A stretch of 64,000 nucleotides of DNA from Octopus sinensis (Eukaryota), in contig NC_043011.1 of assembly GCF_006345805.1 (NCBI RefSeq), forward strand, positions 48,806,464-48,870,463, in the 5' to 3' direction. The translations under genes and the position numbers were made by a program. Positions 53,913-64,000 of this stretch are shown one piece after another. The first letter of the stretch is position 1; every line of letters starts with the position of its first letter. The notes beneath the pieces were generated by a model that did no database searches, was not told the origin of the DNA, and was given only the letters and a program-made list of their open reading frames with translations.

Positions 53913-54874
53913 TGAAAAATTAAACCATTTTCTGTATTACAGAAATACAACCAATTAATAGCATGTAAATTTTAACAGGATCTCATATTGACCCTTAAGG
54001 GCCATATGGACCCAAGCTGAGAACCACTGATGTGGAGCCTTCCCTTTTGGCTTGTAATAAACCCTCCTTTTAAACAGACTGATTTATTATGTCTTGTTTA
54101 TGATAATACAATTGTTCTTCATAGATATTTAGTAAATAAAATAAAATAAAATGAAAACTAAATGCAGAAAGGAAACTGCTAAGATAATAAAAAAAAAAAA
54201 TAGTTTTTCAGATTTTTGGAATAAGTACCAAACTTTATTAACCATTTATTTATTTTCTATACTATTTCTGAAATTTATTCAGATTTCCAAACATTAGGCA
54301 CTAGAGATTATGGTGTGAAAAAAAGAATTCTTCAAAGCTTCAGTTTTTCATATTTTGCCAAAGTCACATCTCCATTCCAAAATATGCTAGTGGCCATAAA
54401 TTATTGGATTTTTTCCACTTTTCTTTCCGAAATATAGTCTGAAGAGTGTTTTTAAAAGTAGAAGATAATGGTTGCGCAAAGAGAAACTTTTTATATAAAT
54501 TCCATTTTTTTTATTGACAAGGTAGTGTACATTAGACTCCTGATATACATACACACATATATATATACACACATACATAAACACACAAATATCATAATAA
54601 TCATCATCATCATTAAACATCCATATATGCATACATATGTATATATATATATATATATAAATATATATATCTCCGTATGTATGCATGTCCATACATACAT
54701 ACATACATATATATATATAGTAATAAAATTATAATCCTGCATTATATTGGAACAGATCAGTGCAACCCCCAAAAACTGGTATCATCAGTTAGCATTGTTA
54801 GACTATAGGTGACACAATAAAATATGACCTTTTTTGTGCATATTAAAAACATTTCCTGCAAATGAAACTGAAGG

Positions 54875-54932
<58 letters not shown>

Positions 54933-54944
54933 TGCCATGTTGAT

Positions 54945-55145
54945 TCGCTAGCTTCTGCACGCATTTTTTTTCTCTCCTTGTTTCTCTCCGTGTTTCTTTT
55001 CTGTGTATCTTTCTGTTGAAGAGCGTAGGCTCGAAAGGTAAAAGACTTGTTTTATTTATATTCCTGAGCGCCATAATAATACAATCGTTTGTTTCTATTC
55101 CACCTGCCTTCGTCTTTTGTTTATTTTCATAAAGCTTCCCGTTAT
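54945..55145 (+). mobile_element. Family H2 copy 2, with HHR-like motif at 55008-55045
   Basis: TCTTT-CTGTTGA-A-GAGC gtag GCTC-GAA-AGGT-A-AAAGA; flanked by (TA)n. Confidence 0.8.
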
Positions 55146-55424
55146 ATATGTATGTATGTATATATATTGACAAACTGTGCGTGATGACAAAGGAGGTAAA
55201 TAGCAATATTGTAGACAATAAAGGAATAAATTTATTGAATGATGCATTCTATGGAAAATCACATACAGGACTCAAAGTTTCTGTGTCAATAATAAGATTA
55301 TCACTGCTCTTCTTCAGCTGTGGTTAGCCTGGTGCCCATAGCACAATCAATTACAATTGCTTAATGGTCTTAATGTGATTCTCCATACCTGTCTCATTCA
55401 ATAAATATGTATACTCTTTTATGC

Positions 55425-55791
55425 TTTTACTTGTTTCAGTCATTTGACTGTGGCCATGCTGGAGCACCGCCTTTAGTCGAGCAAATCGACACCAGGACTT
55501 ATTCTATGGAAGTCTAGTACTTATTCTATCGCTAAGTTATGGGGACGTAAACACACCAGCATCGGTTGTCAAGCGATTTTGTGGGGGACAAACACAGACA
55601 CAAAAACACACACACATATACATATATACGACAGGCTTCTTTCAGTTTCCGTCTACTAAATCCACTCAAAAGGCTCTGGTTGGCCTGAGGCTATAGTAGA
55701 AGACACTTGCCCAAGGTGCCACGCCGTGGGACAGAACCCAGAACTATGTGGCTGGTAAGCAAGCTACTTACCACACAGCCACTCCTACGCC

Positions 55792-55795
<4 letters not shown>
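55425..55795 (-). mobile_element. SINE family A
   Basis: Homology to other family A copies. Confidence 0.9.
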
Positions 55796-55835
<40 letters not shown>

Positions 55836-56459
55836 ATTATATATATAATATTTGTCAATATCACTTTAAATCAGTGAATATATACATTATTATTATGATA
55901 TATTATTATAGTTATTATGTGTGTGTGTGTGTGTGTAGATGAATTTATTTAGAATTCTATGATATATATATCACTATATAAACTACTCAGATATCTATCC
56001 AAGTTCCTAAAATAGACATGGCTATAAAGCTACTCTCGAACAAAGGCAATCAATGGAATATCAATGCCTAAATTCAAATCGTCTAAACAGTTGAAACATT
56101 AGTGATTAAAGCATTCTAAAACGCAAGTACTTTTGCAAACATTAACAAGCTACAAATGTCAGTGAAATATCAGTTTGATATTTATCATTATATATGAAAA
56201 AAAATAAGATTGAAAGTATTCTGTTAATGTTGTAGTAGTTACTGTGCACGATATCTGACATGTTGTTACTCTATTAATGTCGTCTGCTCCATAATGATAC
56301 ATTCCTGTTCAACAATAAATGTTGTCTGCTGTACACAAAAAAAAAAATAAACATGTCGTTAAGTATAAAAATCCACCTGGTCAGATCACAGGTGTTGCAA
56401 TAAAACTTCTCTAGAATTGGTAATTGTGAATAATATTTATCCATGTAGAACCTGAAATT

Positions 56460-57020
56460 GGGTACCACATGTTGACAGCAATATGTAAAGGTAAAGTTAC
56501 CTTCTTGAGTTGTACCGACACATAAGGGCCGGTTTCCCCAGTTTCCATGGCGTCTTTATTCTCCACCTGGACAGGATGCCAGTCCGTCACAAGATTATTC
56601 ATTTCTGGTAGCTGAGTGGCCTGGAACAACATAAAATGAATTGTTTTGCTGAAGAACATAATGCACTGCCTGGTCCTGGAATTGAAACCGCAATCTTATG
56701 ATCATGAGTCCGACACCTTAATCACTAAGCCATGTGCCTCTACTAAGGAAAAAAGGAGCCAATTTCCTCATTTTCATGGTGTGTATATTCCCCACCTGTG
56801 GAGGCACATGGCCTAGTGGTTAGGGCAGCGGACTCACGGTCGAGGGATCACGGGTTCTTCTGCTGACTCTTTTTCCACAACTTTCTCTCATTCTTTCCTC
56901 CTGCATCTTGCAGCTCACCTGCGACAGACCAGTGTCCCGTTCAGGTGGGGAATCTATACTCCAAGGAAACCGGGAAGCCAGCCCTAATGAGCCAGGTATG
57001 GCTTGAGAAGGAACAGACAT
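56460..57020. mobile_element. Head-to-head family C-type SINE pair (minus to about 56742, plus from about 56799)
   Basis: CACTAAGCCATGTGCCTC and GGAGGCACATGGCCTAGTGG are reverse-complementary heads. Confidence 0.75.
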
Positions 57021-57109
57021 ATTCCCCACCTGGATGGAATGCCAGTCTGTTGCAGGATTACTCCATTTCACTAGCTGAGTGAACTGGAGCACTACTCTTT
57101 ACAATAAAC

Positions 57110-57395
57110 TTTTCTAGTATTGTCACTAGGCCTGAAATTTTAGTGGAAGGTGGAGTTTGTCAATTACCCAACCCAAGTGCTCAACTGGTATCTATTTTAT
57201 CAACATCATAAGGATAAAATGGCTCAGTCGACCTTTGTGGAATGCAGTGGTCATCTTATTGTTGACACAGAAACTTCGAGTCCTGTATGTGATTCGCCAT
57301 AACTGCATCATTCAATTAAAATAGGTGTAAGAGTAACGGCAGACGAAATAACGCTAAGCATTTTGCCCGGCATGCTAACGTTTCTGCCAGCTTGT
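57110..57395 (-). mobile_element. SINE family B fragments
   Basis: TTTGCCCGGCATGCTAACGTTTCTGCCAGCT is the head on the minus strand. Confidence 0.8.
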
Positions 57396-58488
57396 CGATG
57401 CTAAGAATCCTGAAAGCTTGTTGCCTTTGGAAAGGAATTATTGTTAGCAATAAAAGATATTCATTTTTGTGTAAGTGCAGTGTATGTTGATAATAATTTA
57501 TCTTTTGATAGAATAGATTTAAAATATTTTAAACAATTTGAGATGACAAAACAACTTTTTATATATGGTTCTTTAAATTTCTTTTTGGATTGATTTTGGA
57601 AATAAGATTAACTTCAGATTTAGTTTTAAAAAGGAAAGTGTAATGGAGAGAGACATTTACGAGGATAAAAGAATATGTTTACTTGTTGGATTTTGTTTCA
57701 AGAATCTTTCTATCTTCTCTGCCTGTCTGCCTACCTGCCTATATGTATGTATATATATGCATGAATGTATACACACACACATACATACATTCGTATATAT
57801 ACCTACATATATTTGAAATCTTATTATGTATATTATAAAAAGAGCTACTAAGATATTCATTTAAGTTCTTAAAACAGATCTGGCAATGAAGCTATTCTTG
57901 AAGTAAGGTTTCATAGGATTAGATATACGTAAATTAAATTCAACAAAGCAACTAGAAAACAAATAACTTTCATATTTAAAGTTTTGAATTATTCTCTAGT
58001 ATTAGTAAACTACAAATGTCAGGGAATAATAATATATATCATTACATATGAAAATATCTGTAAGTATCCCACCATATTGTTAAGCTATAAATGTCATCTG
58101 CTTTACAATGATACATTGTTGTTGTGGGTAATAAAATCCTAGCTGAGCTCAGATTTTGTAAATATAGTGAAACATGGGCTTTGATTATAGGGGACTGGCA
58201 AAGGCTTGAAAGAAATGAAGGTTGGCATGCTTTGCTAGATGGGTGATATCATTGTTGCATACCGACAATATTCGATGATGTAGACTAGTTTGTCTTTTCG
58301 AGTTTATGTTGTCCATAGTCAGACAGTGGGACTGGATTTTGTGCAAATTCCCATTATAAAAAGTCATCATGCTCAAGCATCACTTGAAAATGGTAAAAAT
58401 AAGACCTATCACAAAAATGGCTGGTCATAGCCTTCACATGTGTGGGACTTTCAGTCAGGTTATGGCAATACTTGAACACAAGATTGCA

Positions 58489-58529
<41 letters not shown>

Positions 58530-58532
<3 letters not shown>

Positions 58533-58775
58533 AAATATAATATGTGACAGTTATTCTGTAGCCATGATAAAACTCCGAGTTTTGGATGTCGGGGCGGAAA
58601 CCCACACCGCCATCTCTTCAATTATCCAGCCATCAAAAAAATGCTATGAAAATTTTCATAGCATTTTTTCAATGGCCGGATAACTGAAGAGATGGCAGAA
58701 TGGGTTTCAGCACCAACATCTGAAACTCGGAGTTTTATCATGGCTACAGAATAACTGTCACATATTATATTTACA
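58530..58775. repeat. 246-bp palindrome carrying two HHR-like motifs (family H4)
   Basis: Outer 52 bp perfectly inverted; plus arm GATAA-CTGAAGA-GATG...CATC-T-GAA-ACTCGGAGT-T-TTATC (58679-58739). Confidence 0.85.
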
Positions 58776-58917
58776 GATAAATTCCTCTATTTACATAATA
58801 TCGAGGTCTCTTTCATTCTTTTGTTGTCTTACCATTTCTACCAAGATATATATATATATATATCATATAAAAGATTGTGGCTAAGGCCAAAACAATGCGA
58901 AGTAAACACAAGGGAAA

Positions 58918-59148
58918 TCACAAGAAAACAAATATATGAATGAATGTAGACTTACCTTGTATTCAATATTTCGGGGTTATGATCTCATTTCCAAGAAATT
59001 GACAAATGTTGCCAATCTGTGTCTGTGTGACCTCTCACACACGTGCACATTGGCAACATTCGTCAATTTTTTGAAAATGGGGTCATAACCCCCGAAATAT
59101 TGAATACAAGGTAAGTCTACATCAATTCACATATTGGTTTTCTTGTGT
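58918..59148. repeat. Foldback with decayed HHR-like motifs (family H5)
   Basis: TGTAGACTTACCTTGTATTCAATATTTCGGGGTTATGA is perfectly inverted; right arm TTGAAAA-T-GGGGT cata ACCCC-GAA-ATAT-T. Confidence 0.8.
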
Positions 59149-59589
59149 TTTACCTTGCATTTACTTTGTATTGTTTGGCCTTACCCAAGATATTTTATAC
59201 AATATATTCTACACAATGCTACACAGCAATTATTCCATTATCATATATATATATATATTTATCTCTCACCAGATGGAGTACTTATTTTGTTGAATTTTCT
59301 ATCTTGGATCAGTACATTACATACGCAGAATTCCTTTGAATATCATGGGTGTTATGTTCCAAAACCCCTTGCAATAGATGAAAATCCACGAAGTAGAAAC
59401 AGTACTGTACTTTATATTTCTTTTTATTATTTTTGTAATTTGTATATATTTATTTTATTATAAATGCAAAACAACTCCACAGAGGAATTGACATAAGGTT
59501 AAATAATAAACCGCGATAGGTGAACTGTGATATGGAGAGGAACTGCTGTAGATATATATATGATTGACTGTTAAATTCACAAGTTTTTT

Positions 59590-59775
59590 TCTCTCTCGTT
59601 TTATTCTCTCTCTTTTTATTTGCTCTCTATTTATTTTCTCATGTTCCTTTCTGTTGAAAATCTCAGGCTTGAAACATAAAAGACTTTCTCACCTTCCTGA
59701 GCAGCAAAATAATACACTTGCTTGTTATTTATACACCTGCTTTCATCTTTTGTCTTTTTGTAAATTTCAGGTATA
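59590..59775 (+). mobile_element. Family H2 copy 3, strongly diverged
   Basis: CCTTT-CTGTTGA-A...AGGCTT-GAAACATAAAAGACTTT...TTCCTGAGC. Confidence 0.65.
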
Positions 59776-60143
59776 TATAGTTAGGGGTCTCCAAGAGAGG
59801 TCCCAGGGAGTAGCGTCCCTGCCTTCCTGAGCTAGTTTTCCATCATATTCTTAAAAATCGTGGTAGAGGCCTAGGTCTCGGGACCACCCATGTCTAGAAA
59901 CTGAGGCTGGAGGTAAGCAAGGTCATGCTCCCTGTAGAAAATCCAGCTCCAAAATAGCCTCATGATAGCAAGGGAGAAGGGCATAGGCCAGCCCAAAGGT
60001 TGGGGGTGGGCTGCACCTGCATACCTCAGTTGCTATGGCATTGATGTAGATCTGGTCACCCCCATTAACAGGGACAAAACCTGGATTTAGAACACTGGAT
60101 GATGATGGTTATGATGATGAGGATGAAGATCATGATAATGAAG

Positions 60144-60174
<31 letters not shown>

Positions 60175-60314
60175 TATGAATTTATAAATGAGGGTGAAAA
60201 ATTGATATTAATTTAATAATACCATTAATTTAACACCGAGTGGATTAGCACAAAAAACTAAGGAGAAAATACAAATTTATACATAAATTATTAATAATTT
60301 ATGTATATATATAT

Positions 60315-60460
60315 TTCTATTTCTTTACTACCCACAAGGGGCTAAACACATAGAGGACAAACAAGGACAGACAAATGGATTAAGTCGATTATATCGACCC
60401 CAGTGCATAACTGGTACTTAATTTATCGACCCCGAAAGGATGAAAGGCAAAGTCGACATA
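60315..60460 (-). mobile_element. SINE family B 3' part
   Basis: Reverse complement of about 39000-39100. Confidence 0.85.
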
Positions 60461-61204
60461 TATATATATATACACACACAATGAGCTTCTTTCAGTTTCA
60501 GTCTCCCAAATCCACTCACATGACAAATGATTAGCTTGAGGCTATAGTACGAAGCACTTGCTCAAGGTGTTATGCAGGGGAACCCAGAATTATGTGGTTG
60601 TGAAACAAGCATCTTTCTGCGCAACCACACCCGCGATTGTTCAGAAATCATGTGGAAATGACAATGTGGTTAAGATATTTGTTTCACAACGACTTGGCTT
60701 TGGTCTGAATTCTCCTACATTGAACTTTTGACCCTTACATTGTGAACAGAGTTTGGTAAACTGAATCTGTGCAAAAGTACATTGTATACAGAACTAATAA
60801 CCTTTACTAGGTTTCATTGTACAATGCCAGAGAGAAAAAGTGAATACTGAATGAACATACCATAATTGGAATCAAATATTGGTTGACAATGGTTTGTACT
60901 ATGAATGGTTGTCATAAACATTTATTTATACGATGTAATATATTGCAATAAATACAGTCAATTATTTGGAAATCAAGAAAAAAAATGTGTGTTTTTCACT
61001 AAAAGTGCTGAAGAAGAATCCATAAAATTTTGTACTAGAATCATATTATAAACAAGGACATTATGAGAAGAAAATTATCATGATGACTATAAGTCAGTGG
61101 GAATGAATGAAGATTATGGCTGGCCGGCTGGCTGGTAATGTGCTGCAGCGATCAGATTGATCAGTTCAGAGGAAAAAAATAAAATAAAACAGCCATTAGG
61201 AGGT

Positions 61205-61270
61205 GGAGGAGAAGGAGAAGACGACGGAAAAGAAGAAGAAGAAGAAGAAGAAGAAGAAGAAGAAGAAGAA

Positions 61271-61303
<33 letters not shown>

Positions 61304-61305
61304 AA

Positions 61306-61364
<59 letters not shown>

Positions 61365-61382
61365 GAAGAAGAAGAGGAAGAA

Positions 61383-61426
<44 letters not shown>

Positions 61427-61480
61427 AGGGAAAGAGGAGGAAGAAGAAGGGGAAGAGAAGGAGGAAGAAGAAGTTGATGG
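61205..61480. repeat. (GAA)n/(GAG)n polypurine tract
   Basis: Direct reading. Confidence 0.95.
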
Positions 61481-62677
61481 AGATGAGGAGGAGGGAATCA
61501 TGGGTTGTATGGCATTAAACATTTTGGAAGTCTGTCAACAAACACAAACAAAACGTGGAATATGCAGCTGATTGATTAACCTGAGGCTACAGCAGAAGAT
61601 GTTTCACCAAGATGCCACACAATAGAAACGAACCTAGAACCATGTTGTTGGAGAGCCAACTTCTTATCACATGCCACACTTCTTCCTACCATATACAGAA
61701 AACAAAATTTATTTCTCTGAACATCTTTACTACTTGCTTGTTAATAACAAAGTTTATCTTGGACAACATCATTCAATGTCTCTTCCCCTTTTTATAGATG
61801 ATAGCAGGATGTGATATGAGAGGAATTTGCATATTATTTTTAGCAAGTCAAGTAATCATGCTGAGCCTTTCTCATTAACAAACTTGTTTGAAAATTTCCT
61901 CAATAAAAAATTGAAATTCTGTCTTTGTAAAATATTCCGATAATTTGTTTTTAAAAAAATCACTTTCAGATTATCATTTTTTGGTTAAATTTTCTTTAGA
62001 CTTTGAATATTCCAAGTTGATAAAATGTATTTCCATGACCAAAATCAGAGTGAACATCAGAGAAATTTCAGTTTGCAAATTTAATCAAAATTCAATTTAA
62101 AAACAGCAAATTGTCAATTTAAATCCATCTTTCAGTATTTTTGATGTAATTTTTCAATACAAGTTTAAAATTTAATTTCTATTTTAAAACAACATTCTAA
62201 TTTGAATTTTCAAATTCATCTCAGACTTTAACCAACAAAAATATCTTAATTTGAAATTTCAAAATATTGACAAAAAAAAATATTTATATTTATATATATA
62301 TAAAAAGCGGATGAAGTAAACTTGAAGTACTCTCCTACATCGATGTATTTATTGATGTAGACATCTATCTACATCAACGTATTTATGACCAGCACGCTTA
62401 GTCAAAACCGAAGTAGACTGATATACAGCTGACGAGATGGAGATCCTGTGTGTTGTGATTGTAGTTGAATATTTTAACACACTTTTCCCTTTACTCTAGC
62501 CCACCCTCCTTACTGAAAAGGAGTACCAACACCAGCTGGTGATTAAAATTGTGACTGAATGGGATTCTGTACAAGAGAAAATATTGTATTCCAAGTCACT
62601 TAGATGCTACAGAAGCTTGATATGCATATGTGTGTCTGTGTCTCTGTGTGTGTGTAAATATATATATGTATATATAT

Positions 62678-63060
62678 CATCATCATCATCATCATCATCA
62701 TTTAGCGTCCGCTTTCCATGCTAGCATGGGTTGGACGGTTCAACTGGGGTCTGTGAAGCTGGAAGGCTTCGTCAGGCCCAGTCAGATCTGGAGGTGTTTC
62801 TACGGCTGGATGCCCTTCCTAACACAACCACTCCGTGAGTGTAGTGGGTGCTTTTTACGCGCCACCTGCACAGGTGCCAGACAGAGCTGGCAAACGGCCA
62901 CGAATGGATGGTGCTTTTACATGTCACCGGCACGGGGCCAGGCGATGCTGGTAACGGACACGAACGGATGGTGCTTTTACGTGCTACTGACACGGGGCAA
63001 GACAGAGCTGGCAAACGGCCATGAACGGATGGTGCTTTTACATATGAGCAAAACACCCCC
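62678..63060 (-). mobile_element. RTE-type tail repeat with internal ~55-60 bp tandem units
   Basis: (ATC)n, then TTTAGCGTCCGCTTTCCATGCTAGCATGGG; CACGAA.GGATGGTGCTTTTAC-type unit recurs three times. Confidence 0.8.
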
Positions 63061-63559
63061 TGTCCAATGGATGGTGCTGAATCATATCGGCTGAATAAAA
63101 AGCAATCAGTGTTTTCCTTTCATTAAAAAATAATTAATCATGCTTTTATATAAAAAAAAAACTTCTTGAGAAACCAAATAGTCTTTCCTTCCTTCATGCC
63201 AAGTTTGAAGAAAATATCTCTTTTGCATCTTACATTTTTAGGTCTTTTAAATATACTGCATTTTGTGGCATTATTTCAAGCCAGCCGGCTTTTTTTAGTG
63301 CAAACTGCAGTGCATTTTTCTCTTGTACGCACAGTATCAATCACAACAGCTGATGTACTTGCATGTACAAATGCACGTTCCCATGGCTTTATCGATTGCG
63401 TTCTCACTGGAATCGATTTTTGTAATTTTTCAAGATTTATACATGCCCTGATACCGTCAGTATTTACATATTGAATTTCAGCGCAATCAGATGGAGGATG
63501 TCCAAGATAGTGGAAGACACACACACACACAGAATGGATTTTATATAATATATACATAT

Positions 63560-63745
63560 ATCTGCCAGTGGCACGTAAAAAGCACCCACTATACTCACAG
63601 AGTGGCTGGCGTTAGGAAGGGCATCCAGCTGTAGAAACACTGCCACATCAGACTGAAGCCTGGTGCAGCCTCCTGGCTTCCCAGACCTCGATCAAACCGT
63701 CCAACCCATGCTAGCATGGAAAACGGACGTTAAACGACGATGATG
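63560..63745 (+). mobile_element. RTE-type tail repeat
   Basis: GGAAGGGCATCCAGCTGTAGAAAC...GGACGTTAAACGACGATGATG. Confidence 0.85.
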
Positions 63746-63774
63746 CAACAGAGTAAAAGAATATATATATATAT

Positions 63775-64000
63775 ATTCTTTTACTCTGTTACTTGTTCAG
63801 TCATCTGACTGTGGCCATGCTGGAGCACCACCTTTTAGTCGAACAAATCAACCCCAGGATTTATTCTTTGTAAACCTATTACTTATACTATCAGTCTCTT
63901 TTGCGAAACATCTAAGTTACATAGGACATAAACACACCAACATTGGCTGTCAAGCAACAGTGAGGGATAAACACAGACACAAAGAATCACATACATACAT
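63775..64000 (-). mobile_element. SINE family A 3' part, running off the window end
   Basis: TTACTTGTTCAGTCATCTGACTGTGGCCATGCTGGAGCACC. Confidence 0.85.

Noticed and set aside
62425-62450. CTGACGAGATGGAGATC as an HHR core
   Set aside because: Not followed by GAAA; no stem I or III partner.

Overview
Eukaryotic, AT-rich, repeat-saturated genomic DNA. The SINE and LINE families look like those of a coleoid cephalopod (Octopus); this is recognition from memory, not a database result. No protein-coding gene can be identified confidently. Nearly all ORFs in the supplied track are microsatellite artefacts, apart from decayed retrotransposon fragments: RTE (33.7-34.6 kb and others), CR1 (32.2-32.9 kb) and RLE-type C-termini (1-240, 26.0-26.2 kb). 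The window holds dozens of tRNA-derived SINE copies from three main families, hAT and mariner MITEs, Helitron-like repeats, a probable solo LTR and several local duplications. The main unexplained signal is a set of unrelated, mostly foldback (inverted-repeat) elements carrying minimal type I hammerhead ribozyme (HHR) motifs of the kind associated with Penelope-like elements (PLEs). One head-to-head pair at 13.9-14.4 kb has two intact, identical HHRs, a tRNA-like head and a 14-bp flanking direct repeat. Other families carry core-variant or decayed HHRs (7.8, 13.1-13.5, 19.8-20.2, 55.0, 58.5-59.1, 59.7 kb). A set of strong + strand splice signals (28.0, 44.0, 48.7 kb) joins in frame into a 24-aa peptide and may mark a micro-exon host gene; this is low confidence.
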